A stretch of 63,995 bases of DNA, the filler included, from Octopus bimaculoides (taxonomy: Eukaryota): assembly GCF_001194135.2 (NCBI RefSeq). It is 6 parts of 5 records of this genome, joined end to end, with 100 filler letters (N's around TTAATTAATTAA, not from the genome) between each part and the next. Parts side by side here need not be neighbours in the genome. Positions count along the whole stretch, not along the records: positions 1 to 9,462 come from NC_068993.1; positions 9,563 to 29,122 come from NC_068988.1; 4 more parts are not named here. One strand, written 5' to 3'. A model generated the notes under the pieces. The model searched no databases. It saw nothing but the letters and a program-made list of their open reading frames with translations, and was not told where the DNA came from. Shown piece after piece: positions 1-12,530 of the stretch. The stretch's first letter is position 1. Each line of letters starts with the position of its first letter. Position numbers and translations under genes: made by a program.

Positions 1-33
<33 letters not shown>

Positions 34-490
34 GTAAGTATGTATGTACTGTCGTTTTAAATATGATAAAACAAATTGGGAATGATTTGTTAATTGCCAA
101 TGTTTTAATAGTAAAAGTATTCGCCACTTTAAATGCTTAAATGCTTTTGCAGAAAATCCATAAAAAGAAGACTGCAGTTCATGGCTTGAACATTTCAGTT
201 CACCTTAATGACAATTAAGCGGAGAACTAATACAAGATTTGATTAATTCGACCCTGTTTTCAACCTTCAACCCTTAAATAAACCTGCTTCAATTGAGTGA
301 GAAAACAAACTAAATTAAAGAATGTTAATGAACATTTTGTACAATGCTAATAATGTTAACGACGATCAAATCGTCATAAACAGCAACAAGATAATATCGA
401 TAACAAAAACAACAGCGACAACAATGGCAATAATAATAATAACATCAACAACAACAACAAGGACGATGACGACAATGATAATGATGATGA

Positions 491-701
491 TTTCAAATTT
501 TAACACAAGGCCAGCAATTTTGAGGAAGCGGGTATGTCGATTATATCGATTCCAGAGTTCGACTGGTATTTATTTTATTGAGCCCGAAAGGATGAAAGAC
601 CAAGTCAAACTCGGCGGAATTTGAACTCAGAATGTAGAGACGGGCGAAATGCCGCCAAGCCTTTTGCTCGGTGTGCTACCGATTCTGTCAGATCGCCACC
701 T

Positions 702-702
<1 letters not shown>
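491..702 (-). mobile_element. tRNA-derived SINE family A (Deu/Nin-like core), type-1 tail, inserted in a (GAT)n tract
   Basis: Reverse complement matches the other family A copies: head AAGG(C/T)GGCGA-CTG(G/A)CAGAATCG, B-box GAGTTCAAATTCCGCCGAG, core TTTCATCCTTTCGGG, tail GGCCTTGTG. Confidence 0.8.
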
Positions 703-733
<31 letters not shown>

Positions 734-1719
734 ATTAGAATGATGACGAGGAGGAGGAGGAGAGGAGGAGGAGGAGAGGAGNNNNNNNNNNNNNNNNNNN
801 NNNNNNNNNNNNNNNNNNNNNNNNNNNNNNNNNNNNNNNNNNNNNNNNNNNNNNNNNNNNNNNNNNNNNNNNNNNNNNNNNNNNNNNNNNNNNNNNNNNN
901 NNNNNNNNNNNNNNNNNNNNNNNNNNNNNNNNNNNNNNNNNNNNNNNNNNNNNNNNNNNNNNNNNNNNNNNNNNNNNNNNNNNNNNNNNNNNNNNNNNNN
1001 NNNNNNNNNNNNNNNNNNNNNNNNNNNNNNNNNNNNNNNNNNNNNNNNNNNNNNNNNNNNNNNNNNNNNNNNNNNNNNNNNAGAAGGAGGAGAAGGAGGA
1101 GTAGAAGGAGGAGAAGGAGGAGGAAAAGGAGGAGGAGAAGAAGGAGGAGGAGAAGGAGGAGAAGAAGGAGGAGGAGAAGGAGGAGGAGGAAGGGGATTGT
1201 GATGGTGATAATGATAAATAGCAAAAATATTTTGCTACATTTCTAAATACTCTGATGCCATCATCAACGAAAACAACAACAATAACAAGAATAATAATGA
1301 TGAGGATAAAATTATTAATCAAGTAGTAGTAGAGAACGATGACGATGGCGACGACGACCCCGCCGACGATGATGATCGTGATCATGATGATGTAGAATCC
1401 GTAGGAAGTGGAAGGAAAACCGCGCTAATTTCCTTATTAGCTGGGTAGAGTTGTTATGAGAGGAGAATGATGAAGTAACAACGATCAATTATAGAAACGA
1501 TTGCAGGCACCGAGTATAGAATTACCGATAGGCGTTATCGGATACATGTAACAACGGCAGGCGTGCACAAAAACAAATAATTTTTAACAAGTAGCTACTC
1601 AAATAACAGCTTTTATGCCGTAATTTGAACAGCATCGTTCACTAAATGAGCTTCATCTGGGCTGAGACAATTCAGATAATTCAAAATTATATTTTTTTGA
1701 CTTTTCTATTTTCTATGGT

Positions 1720-1760
<41 letters not shown>

Positions 1761-1967
1761 ATCTTTCGTTTGTTTAAAATGTTGCAATGCAAGAATTACA
1801 GGATTACTGAAATATATATTGACTTTGTCAGATCCTAGACTGAAAATGTTATTTAGCATTATTTTGCTGTGGTGTTATTGTTTTACTTTGAAATTTGGTT
1901 GGTTTAGTAGTTCTCAAAATTTATTATAAAGAAAAACAATAAATTGTTAAAGGATGAAAGGAAGGAA

Positions 1968-1991
1968 GTAGTAGTAGTAGTAGTAGTAGTT

Positions 1992-2045
<54 letters not shown>

Positions 2046-2058
2046 ACAGCAGCAGCAG
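1968..2058 (+). repeat. (TAG)n/(CAG)n microsatellite
   Basis: Near-perfect GTA repeats followed by GCA repeats. Confidence 0.95.
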
Positions 2059-2339
2059 TGTTTGGTAGCTTCGTTCTCTCAGTTACAGTATTGACCAGAC
2101 AGCACTCTTGAATAGACATATTCTCTCCCTTTACTTTCTCATGTAATATGTCGTTGCTTTTCAGAAGAAACGGCTGGAAAACGTTTCCTAGCCTAGTCTC
2201 ACTATTAGGTATGACAAGAGTTCGACTCTACTGTGAAAGCCGAAAAGATTGTTACATCAGTTAGCACATAATCACGTATCTTCTCTCATAGTTTATATTC
2301 TTTATTCTACATTCATCTGGTGTCTCTTAATAACTCCGG

Positions 2340-3200
2340 CTATCAACAGATATTCGCATGTGTGTTGCCCTGCTCTGAGCGTATATACCTCAATTCACCT
2401 CTCGGTGTAGTTACAATTCCCAAATGACTTCAAGAAATCTAATTTTGGATTTTCACAATCCGCCTAAGCCGATGACATTAAGGCAACATCCGAGTCGTTT
2501 ACTCTCTGAAATGTTTACACCAGTACTCAGCCCACATATGACTCTGCAAAAAGAGTTTATTTCGCATTGACATCCCACCAAAGTATCTTTTACTCATATC
2601 AATATTGAATCAACGCCACTTGGAATGCCTAAATGCGACCTAATCAATGCAATACACCTGACATCTCCCTTTCAAAAACCACACATACTATGATTCCATA
2701 GGTACCGCTACAATAGGTACCGCTAACTTTTAAACCTACACAGAACACACTCGACAAAACCGAAGTTCTCCATCTACGTCACCACTATGTACCAAGTCAC
2801 AAAGTGTGAAAATATCTGTTTACTTCAACCAAGTCAGAAAGCTGATACTGACCTCGTAAGTACCATTTATAGGCATAAAATGCACTCCAGCGATAACCCT
2901 TGTCTCCCCCAAACTCATTAACCATTCTCTGGAAGGTTTCGTGCAAATCTACAGTATGTCCCATTCTCAACAACTACCGACCTATTGCTCTCAGTTCAAA
3001 TATATCAAAAGAGACAGAAACTAAGGAAAACAATACTCGCAGTCATAGCATTGAGAGACCTTGGATTTCAAAGAACCAACCAGATCTACTGAAATCCTGT
3101 TTCTCTTCGTAACGCACCATCGATCTCTGTCGCCCTTGAGAAATACTGTGAAAGTAATTTTATTGCTTTAACCTGCATACATATCTATGTATTAGTCTCC
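2340..3200 (+). mobile_element. Highly degenerate non-LTR retrotransposon (APE-RT type) remnant
   Basis: ORF 2900-3112 contains NYRPIALSSNISK (about 2972-3010), matching the NYRPIxLxSxxSK motif at the start of LINE RTs. Boundaries are approximate. Confidence 0.5.
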
Positions 3201-4031
3201 CAGGGAAACCGACACAAGCCTATAGCCTGCACAGCAATGTATTAGTTTCCCACGAGGATACACATGCCCATCACCTGCATATCTATATATTCGTACAGCA
3301 GTAAAGTAAAATAGCTTAATCAATAATACTCTGATTCTAATTCCGTCTGTAAAGTGTGAGATATTTACACATTCAAGAAAAAGTGATTTTTCTTTAATTT
3401 TTATCCATCTATGATTTTTACTCACTATATCTGTATAACCTAGCTAGATATCAAATTAGACATCAATACATACGAATATTTATATATACATATATATATA
3501 AATGTGCATATATATATATATATATANNNNNNNNNNNNNNNNNNNNNNNNNNNNNNNNNNNNNNNNNNNNNNNNNNNNNNNNNNNNNNNNNNNNNNNNNN
3601 NNNNNNNNNNNNNNNNNNNNNNNNNNNNNNNNNNNNNNNNNNNNNNNNNNNNNNNNNNNNNNNNNNNNNNNNNNNNNNNNNNNNNNNNNNNNNNNNNNNN
3701 NNNNNNNNNNNNNNNNNNNNNNNNNNNNNNNNNNNNNNNNNNNNNNNNNNNNNNNNNNNNNNNNNNNNNNNNNNNNNNNNNNNNNNNNNNNNNNNNNNNN
3801 NNNNNNNNNNNNNNNNNNNNNNNNNNNNNNNNNNNNNNNNNNNNNNNNNNNNNNNNNNNNNNNNNNNNNNNNNNNNNNNNNNNNNNNNNNNNNNNNNNNN
3901 NNNNNNNNNNNNNNNNNNNNNNNNNNNNNNNNNNNNNNNNNNNNNNNNNNNNNNNNNNNNNNNNNNNNNNNNNNNNNNNNNNNNNNNNNNNNNNNNNNNN
4001 NNNNNNNNNNNNNNNNNNNNNNNNNNNNNNN

Positions 4032-4070
<39 letters not shown>

Positions 4071-4705
4071 ATATATTCGTATGTATATATGTATGTAAAA
4101 TTTACAAGTACATGTAGAAGGAAAAGAAGAGAAATGACAAAGATTGATAAGCGAATGAAAGGGAAATGATTGAAGCTTAAAGTAAAAGATCCTTTAAAAG
4201 GGAAAGAAAATCAACAGTACAGTAGGTCCAATACATACATATATGTGTGTGCGCGTGTGCACGCGCGTATGTATGTGCGTGTGTATGTATGTATGTATGG
4301 TAAAGAAAATTGTGTAAACCGGAAACGGAAAGAGTATGAACCCTAATTTCCCCATTAATACTGCATTTCTTTGAATTTGCAAAGTAATCTAAAAAATAGA
4401 ATAAATTTGTTTTAATGAGCAGTTTTACCGGTGTTTTTACCAGTTAAATAATGTTTTGTGTGAAGTTTAAGAAAAAATGTTGCAAACCAGCGGGTAAGTT
4501 GTAGCTTTATAGTATAACATTTCTATGTTAAGGTGTTTTAAAAAAACGGTGTATCACTGGCTTTAAAAAAAAACGCTTGATGTGGTTTCTTTGTATTTAA
4601 CTTGAAGAAATATTATCTCATATAGATTTCTTAGGTAAACATATGGCCATCTTTATTTAGCCAAGAGACATAACAAACCTCGACTTCAAAATAATCCGTT
4701 CTATT

Positions 4706-4909
4706 ATAGGCACAAGGCCCGAAGCTTTGGGAGAGGGGACTAGTCGATTACATCGACCCCAGAATTTCACTGGTACTTAATTTATCGACCCCGAAAGGAT
4801 GAAAGGCAAAGTCGACCTCGGCGGTATTTGAACCTAGAACGTAGCGACGGGCGAAATACCGCTAAGCATTTCGCCCAGCGTGTTAACGATTCTGCCTACT
4901 CGCTGCCTT
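4706..4909 (-). mobile_element. SINE family A, type-1 tail
   Basis: Contains TTAATTTATCGACCCCGAAAGGATGAAAGGCAAAGTCGACCTCGGCGG (reverse complement of the core) plus the head and the tail CACAAGGCC. Confidence 0.9.
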
Positions 4910-5853
4910 TCGACTTTAAAATAATGCAAGAATCTGAGTGAGCCGATGAGCTGGATTTTACCTAGTCGCTCGTTTGGTATCAAATGGCTGGCAAAAGAAT
5001 CTAAAACGGACAAAAGAAGTATGAAATAAATTATGTCTGAGAAGACTAGATGGACACAGCCATGACGCTTTTGATCATTTTTGTACTTTATCAGGACTGA
5101 CCTGGGGTAAAAAAAATATTAACCGCAACAGCATATCGCTGGATGTTATTTGATCCTCCTCGGAAAATGGAACCAAAGATGAATTTCGGTAATATTTCTA
5201 CTTAGAAAAAACTTGGAACAGGAAATACCTTCTACTTTATAGTCATCTCGAGGTACTTAGCTCATNNNNNNNNNNNNNNNNNNNNNNNNNNNNNNNNNNN
5301 NNNNNNNNNNNNNNNNNNNNNNNNNNNNNNNNNNNNNNNNNNNNNNNNNNNNNNNNNNNNNNNNNNNNNNNNNNNNNNNNNNNNNNNNNNNNNNNNNNNN
5401 NNNNNNNNNNNNNNNNNNNNNNNNNNNNNNNNNNNNNNNNNNNNNNNNNNNNNNNNNNNNNNNNNNNNNNNNNNNNNNNNNNNNNNNNNNNNNNNNNNNN
5501 NNNNNNNNNNNNNNNNNNNNNNNNNNNNNNNNNNNNNNNNNNNNNNNNNNNNNNNNNNNNNNNNNNNNNNNNNNNNNNNNNNNNNNNNNNNNNNNNNNNN
5601 NNNNNNNNNNNNNNNNNNNNNNNNNNNNNNNNNNNNNNNNNNNNNNNNNNNNNNNNNNNNNNNNNNNNNNNNNNNNNNNNNNNNNNNNNNNNNNNNNNNN
5701 NNNNNNNNNNNNNNNNNNNNNNNNNNNNNNNNNNNNNNNNNNNNNNNNNNNNNNNNNNNNNNNNNNNNNNNNNNNNNNNNNNNNNNNNNNNNNNNNNNNN
5801 NNNNNNNNNNNNNNNNNNNNNNNNNNNNNNNNNNNNNNNNNNNNNNNNNTGGT

Positions 5854-5904
<51 letters not shown>

Positions 5905-7019
5905 GCTGAATATAGTACGATTACATTCAAGTAAATTAGTTTCAACTGGAGATCGAAGCTTGCTCGTTTGAACTCATTTTTTTGCTCTACAATGTCTTCA
6001 GGACTTTGGAAAAAAAAATACAAAGACTAGTATTCAAAGATATTTGTAGAAGACATGCAGTATTTAGATGAGGACACTAACGTTTATCTTTAAATTATTT
6101 CCAGATGGTTGGGGTATAATAATAAAATTCTTCCCAGTACTTGTCTAAATGATGACTGAATTCTTGATTCGTAAATTTCCGTTTAAGTATTATTTATTTA
6201 CATAAGACAGTTAGATGAAACATATGAGGAAGAAAAACATTCTCAAGTCATCCCTTAAAGCACCATTCAGTATCCCTTTGCAGAATTCTACATAGTGTGG
6301 TAATGGTGGTGCCATCTATTCTATGCAGTATGCCAATGTTATCAATTAAATATAATACGAATATTATTTCTGATTTGTTGCTTTCCTATACATTTCATCT
6401 TCGAAGTGCTCTCCCAGTCTTGTGTTTTTTTTGCTTTGATTTATTTCGGAATAGTTTGAGAGTCGTACAATTAGTTTATAGAATTTGTTAGAGATTCTTC
6501 CATTTAATGTTCAAATTCTGTCAAGTTCAACTTTACCTTTCATTCTTCTGGGCTCTATAAGTAAAGTACCAATCACACACTTGTGTAGATTTAATTTATT
6601 ACTCACTCTACCCAAATTTATATCCTAGAATCGATGAAGAGTCGGACAAAGTATCTTACAATATTTAGTTACTCCTCTTTACGAACTGAATTCAAAATTC
6701 GCAAAGGTCGATTTTACTTTTCAACATTCCGTGGTTGATAATATAATATACAAGTTAATTACCGAAGCTGATATAATCAGCTGACTCTCTCCTGTTAAAC
6801 TTCCTGGCATTGTGACCTTCTAATAAAGAGTTATGAGGGGACTTTGACTAGCAATATCGTAAAAAAGTCAAGCAAAATTCCCTTCAGAATACAATTCCTG
6901 CCGATGTGAGATTTGGTTATGTACTAGAGTCAATGATACCGATTGAATCCTTTTTCCTGAGAATTGTTTGACTTCTGTGCAAATCAGAAACTACTACTCT
7001 TATTATTATTGTCATCGCA

Positions 7020-7253
7020 AGGCGGCGAGCTGGCAGAATCGTTAGCGAGCTGGCAGAATCGTTAGCGCGCTGGGCAAAAATGCTTAGCGGTATTTCGTCT
7101 GTCTTCATATTCTGAGTTCAAATGCCACTGGGGTCGACTTTGCCTTTCATATTTTAGGGGTCGATAAATTAAGTACCAGTTACGCACTGGGGTTGATGTA
7201 ATCGACTTAATCCCTTTCCCTAAATTTGAGGTCTTGTGCTTCCAGTAAAAAGG
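7020..7253 (+). mobile_element. SINE family A, type-1 tail, with a 10-bp TSD and a 20-bp duplication in the head
   Basis: A-box-like TGGCAGAATCGTTAG and B-box GAGTTCAAAT. TSD ATTGTCATCG at 7008-7017 and 7254-7263. GCGAGCTGGCAGAATCGTTA is repeated at 7025-7044 and 7045-7064. Confidence 0.9.
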
Positions 7254-7266
7254 ATTGTCATCGTCT

Positions 7267-7764
7267 AAGGCGGCGATCTGGCAGAATCGTTTGCACGTAA
7301 GACGGCGAGCTAGCAGAAACGTTAGCGCGCCAGGCGAAATGCTTAGCGGTACTTCGTCTGCCGTTACGTTCTGAGTTCAAATTCCGCTGAGGTCAACTTT
7401 GCCTTTCATCCTTTCGGGGTCGATAAATTAAGTACCAGTTACGCACTGGGATCGATATAATCGACTTAATCCCTTTGTCTGTCCTTATTTATTCCCTCTA
7501 TGTTTAGCCCCTGGTGGGCAATAAAGAAATAAGAAACGTTAGCGCGCCGGGCGAAATTCTTCGTGGTATTTCATCTGTTTTTAGTTCTCAGTTCAAATCC
7601 CGCCGAGGTCGACTTTGCCTATCATCCTTTCGGGGTCGATAAATTAAGTACCAGTTAACGCACTGGGGTCGATGTAATCGACTTAATCCCTTTGCATGTC
7701 CTTGTTTGTCCCTTCTATGTTTAGCCCCTTGTGGGCAATAAAGAAATAAGAAACGTCTGCACGC
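7267..7764 (+). mobile_element. Nested array of family A SINEs: a head fragment plus two type-2-tail copies
   Basis: Two copies of the core and of the tail ATGTTTAGCCCC..GTGGGCAATAAAGAAATAAG (ending 7533 and 7750). Each tail is followed directly by AAACGT.. head sequence. Confidence 0.9.
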
Positions 7765-9190
7765 TTCCGGTGTTTTGCAAGGTGTACGTAAGTCATTTTG
7801 ACAATGTTTTTCGTAGTGTTAACATCGTTTTGCTTTTGTGTCAGTGTTTTTTAAAAACACTTTGTTAATTGTTTTTGTGCTGTTCTGCAGCAATTTGTTT
7901 GTGCTTTCTCTCCTCTCTTGAGGAGAGTTAGCTATGGAAAACAAAGAGTGTATTTCATTCAGACCTTAGTGGGTCGGAATTGTCTTCGGAAGAAGAACTA
8001 CTAAAAGTGAAAGGCGAAATAGATAAGAAAATCAAGGAGAATGAAAAGAAAAAGTTTGCGGAAGTGACAAGACAGGAGGAATAAATTGACATTAATAAAA
8101 TCGGTAATTTTTAAAATTTGACCTGTAGAGAGAGGGACAGCGAGGTATTGTCCCCTCCAAAGGAAATGTTAGAAGGTATCAGGAGAAAGACAATTATGTA
8201 CAAAACATTTTCAACGAAGGCTGGCAGAATTGCGAATGTAAGCACAAACCAAATAGTAAAAGTGTTAAGGTCCCTGTGGCATGACATAGCCTTTATAAAG
8301 AGAGAAACAAGATTTGGTACAGTGAAGGTGAGGCTCACAAAAGAACTAAATGCAAAGAAACAGGCAGCGCAGGCAATGAAGGATGAAAAAGTGGTGTTGT
8401 TGCCCACTTATTTGGGCAGACGGGCAACAAGGATTAAAGTCGAAGGTATTCCACCTGAAATAGACGTAGCCGCAGTGAGGACGACATGGCGGTACTCCAG
8501 GCCACGAGAACCAGATGCGAGATGTGGAAGGGGACACTCGAGATGACAGTACAAGCTTCAACGGAAACATTAGAAAATATAGCAGAAATAATCTTGTTTG
8601 ATGAAACGGAAATGAGGGCAGAGTCCCAAGATGCAGAGTCCCATTATACAATAATGTTTGAGAAACATTATTGTATAAAAATTTATTAACTGCAGAATTA
8701 TTTCCGGACTTAGCGCGCCAGATTGAAGGCATTTAAAAGGATACACTGAGTGTAATTTGTAGAACTCTACACGTACTCCGTTTCGGTTGGACGTCCTGTG
8801 TCTAGTTCTGGAAATTACATCGCAAATCGACAGACTACGCTGACGATCCTGCAGATATGTACTTATGTAAATTTTAACAGNNNNNNNNNNCATCGCAAAT
8901 CGACAGACTACGCTGACGATCCTGCAGATATGTACTTATGTAAATTTTAACAGGTGAAACCATGGTACGTAGGTTAATCGTTTTTATTTAGTATTTAAGT
9001 CTTCTTGAGATGTTTGTTTGTCCAGTTAGAGAATACTATAGGACTTTTGCAATGAAAAGGATGTTTACATTTTCGAATACTCAGGGAGAGCGGAAAGCAT
9101 AAGTATTCATACAGTAGTTGTAGATATTAAAGGGATTTTTTTAAAGCTGATCGTTTGTGTGTTCGAAAGCTGTAGGTATGTAAGTTTCCC
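7765..9190 (+). mobile_element. Tx1/L1-like LINE 5' portion (5' UTR, degenerate ORF1, probable start of the ORF2 endonuclease)
   Basis: ORFs 8118-8546 and 8486-8689 resemble an RRM-type LINE ORF1 (..PTYLGRRATRIKVEGIPPEIDV..). Downstream, VVVDIKG..LI (about 9110-9160) resembles an APE endonuclease strand. Frameshifted, and recognised by eye only. Confidence 0.5.
8818..8953. other. Assembly artefact: 63-bp sequence duplicated on both sides of a 10-N gap
   Basis: 8818-8880 is identical to 8891-8953, consistent with an unmerged contig overlap. Confidence 0.85.
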
Positions 9191-9390
9191 AACTTATTTT
9201 ATTTTGAAGGAGATTTAAAATATTCACAGGAAATTGTAGATATTCCAGTCTTTGGGAATAGTAGGAGGAAGAGATGTTCACCTTGTTGGATTTTTGAATT
9301 TCTGAATTTCTTTTTCTTTTTAAAAGTTTTGCTGTGGTTTACAGTTTTTGTAGTTGTGCAGTGTGTATATATTGGCAAGTGCATACTTCC

Positions 9391-9462
<72 letters not shown>

Positions 9463-9562
9463 NNNNNNNNNNNNNNNNNNNNNNNNNNNNNNNNNNNNNN
9501 NNNNNNTTAATTAATTAANNNNNNNNNNNNNNNNNNNNNNNNNNNNNNNNNNNNNNNNNNNN
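9463..9562. other. Synthetic gap spacer: 44 N + TTAATTAATTAA + 44 N (also at 29123-29222, 35211-35310, 61587-61686, 62857-62956)
   Basis: The same 100-bp construct occurs five times. TTAATTAATTAA gives stop codons in all six frames. Confidence 0.95.
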
Positions 9563-9681
9563 TAACTGCAGTTTGTGAGTTTGAGGGCAGTTTTGGCTGC
9601 TACTTAAAAAGGGTGAGTAACCCGTAGATGTTATCTCATGGCTTACAGATTTTAGCTTGAGCATAAATTTTGGGATATGTA

Positions 9682-9751
<70 letters not shown>

Positions 9752-10620
9752 TATTATATTATATTATATTATATTATATTATATTATATTATGTTATATA
9801 TAAAGATGGCTATCAGTATTTACGGTGCCCCTTTCATTTCCGAGATCAAATTTCACTACGGTCAACATGAGAACAACAATAGTGTCTATAATATGCCTTA
9901 CCCCTTGATTGTTATTCTTTACCTCGTAAGAATAATCAATATTGTATTTCAATGGAGATCCAGAATCACTTTTGAATAAGGAAAATGAAAAACAACAAAC
10001 AAACCAAATCCAAAACTGAAATATGAGAGAAGCATGTATGGTGGAGGTGTCTATCTCAGAAATTACGAGGTTATTTTTTAAATTCAGCAAGTTTCATAAG
10101 AAGGAGAATAAAATATTGAGATGGTTCATGGATAGCAGTGTTAAATCGATAGCTATAAGATTGTTCGTCAGCGCTCTGATATTAATATCATGTGTGATGG
10201 GAGCTTTATCTTCTTAGATGTCTGTATAGAGCAAGTGATCATAAATGGAAAAGCTCTTCCTGAAAGTAAGGCTAAATTGATTCATCGATAATATAATTTT
10301 AACAGAAAATAACTTGGCAGCTGGGTGAATCGTGTCGTAACAAATATACACAACTGGCTAAACTAGCTAAACTAAACATTGTGGTTTGTCTTGTTTATTT
10401 TTCTGAGCGTTGTAGTAAGTTGAATAGAAACCACAGTTGCTATACGATGTTGTTATCAACTTAAATTAGGCCACAATGATATGCCGTTACCAATTTAACT
10501 GAAACCGCAGTTCCCATATGTGTTGTTACCAACTTAAATGAGACCATAGTTGCTATGTATTGCTAACATCTTAGAAGTAGCCACAGTTATATGATAAATT
10601 GTTACAAAGAAGGAACGATT

Positions 10621-10660
10621 TAAATCCCAGGTCGAATATAAATCCCAGGTCGAATATAAA
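10621..10660 (+). repeat. 18-bp tandem duplication TAAATCCCAGGTCGAATA x2
   Basis: Exact copies at 10621-10638 and 10639-10656. Confidence 0.9.
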
Positions 10661-10713
10661 AAGAGAGGGGTGTCATGGTCTACGTGATGACTTTTACATT
10701 CCCTTTTTTCTTG

Positions 10714-10714
<1 letters not shown>

Positions 10715-10754
<40 letters not shown>

Positions 10755-11026
10755 ACAAAGCAAAACAAACACATGCAGCACAACACACACACACACAACA
10801 CAACATATAACACACAACACTACATATAACACACAACACACAACACACACACATAGATAGATAGATAGATAGATATCTAGAGAGAGAGAGAGAGACATAC
10901 ATATAAACATACATACACACATACACATACATACATACATACATACATACATACACACATACACATGCATGCATACATACATACATACATACATACATAC
11001 ATACATACATACATACATACATACAT
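10715..11026 (+). repeat. Compound microsatellite (CA)n/(GATA)n/(GA)n/(CATA)n
   Basis: Read directly from the sequence. Confidence 0.95.
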
Positions 11027-11889
11027 GTAAATATTCTAATATTCTTTGTTTCCTTTCTGGACCCCTACCGTACAGTTTCAGTAGTATAATAGCTTTGTTT
11101 TTCTATGAGAAGTGGTTACTTAGCCCTTCTCCGTTTCGGAATGTTGAGTCGACGCTAGCGATTCTTTTAACCAATCCATAAAGAGGGGAACAATGAAAAA
11201 GAATAACTGTCCCAAGTATTTGACAGCTATTTTATTTATTGATCCTGTATGTATGAAAGACTAAGTTCATCTCGTCGGGATTTCAACTAAGAGTGCAGAG
11301 AGCAGAACAAAATTCACAGAATTTATATAATATTACTCCTTTAAAGATCAGAGGTCAGAAGTCATTGTCAAAATAGTTCATTGTCATTTAGACAACAAAC
11401 TATTGTAGTAGAACCTATTCTTTTTGCCAATTTATTGACTGTGATCATAATTAGGAGGAATAAGTGAAATGAAGTGGGTAACATGAACTCGACTTACCGA
11501 GGTTGACCAGTGTTCTGCCATATCTATATCATTCACATTTTCAAGTGGATAAATTAATGAAACAAACCAACGGTATACCTGAGAGAAATAGCAGGCAAAT
11601 CTCTGATATCATCCTCGTGCCTTACAAAATGGGACACATTGTAAAATGCAGTAACAGTTGCTTGAAAGGGGAACTAGGCGGTCACTGACGGAACACATTT
11701 GATCATACGTCTGCTCGGTAATGGCTAACCTGGGATAAGATGGCAACAGCAACAAGATCAAGTAACTATATAGAAGGGCTTGTATTGGGCATATTGTTCA
11801 TACTCATAACCAGTATGTTCCAAACGAACATCTTATCTTTCATGTAAACAACCACATATAGATCTCTACATCCCACATCTTTTTACGCC

Positions 11890-12270
11890 CCTCATTTTGT
11901 ATGTCCTAATTCTCTTGATATCTTAAATCTCTGTATGTCCTAAACCCCCCTTTATCCGAATTCTCTGCATATCCTATATCTCTCTTTATCCTAATTCTTT
12001 CTATGCCCTAAATCTTTATGTCCAACTTCTCTTTATGTCCTGAATTTATGTCCCAAATCTCTTATCCTAAATTTCTCTTTATTCTAAATCTGTGTATGAC
12101 CTAAACCCGTGTATTTTCTAAATCTCTATGTATCCTAAATTTCATCATATTCTCAATTTCTCTTTATCTTAAGTCTCTCTATATCTCTGTATCTTTTATA
12201 TCTCTCTATGTCCTAAATCTTTCTATATCGTACATCCTTGTATGTCCTAAATAAACAGTATGTCTTCAAT
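11890..12270 (+). repeat. Degenerate minisatellite built on a TATGTCCTAAATCTC-like unit
   Basis: Many imperfect copies of (TA/GT)TCCTAAATCTCT spaced about 15-25 bp apart. Confidence 0.7.
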
Positions 12271-12331
12271 ATCCTAAAGGTAGAATGGCAGATAGGCTAC
12301 TCTTAATACCACAATAATACTAAACATTAGG

Positions 12332-12530
12332 AAGGCGGTGAGCTGACAGAACCGTTAGCACGCCAGGCAAAATGTTTAGTAGCATTTCGTCTATCTTACG
12401 CTCTGACTCCAAATGCCGCAGGAGACAGTTTTCCCTTTCATCCTTCCAGGGTCGATAAAATAAGTACCAGCTGAGCACTATAGTCGTTGTAATCGACTTA
12501 CTCGAAATTGCTATGCCACAATTTGAAACT
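12332..12530 (+). mobile_element. SINE family A (diverged)
   Basis: Head AAGGCGGTGAGCTGACAGAACCGTTAGCACGCC and core CCTTTCATCCTTCCAGGGTCGATAAAATAAGTACCAG. Confidence 0.85.

Noticed and set aside
671-1385. Long ORFs spanning N runs and simple repeats (also 3502, 15600, 16836, 29700, 32897, 46965, 57487)
   Set aside because: These are artefacts of translating N gaps and microsatellites.
7020-7130. tRNA gene call for SINE heads (also 23401, 44137, 60254)
   Set aside because: A and B boxes are present, but there is no cloverleaf and each head continues into a SINE core and tail.
7267-7764. CRISPR-like or satellite reading of the repeated AAACGTTAGC units
   Set aside because: The intervening sequences are homologous SINE bodies rather than unique spacers, there are no cas genes and the context is eukaryotic.
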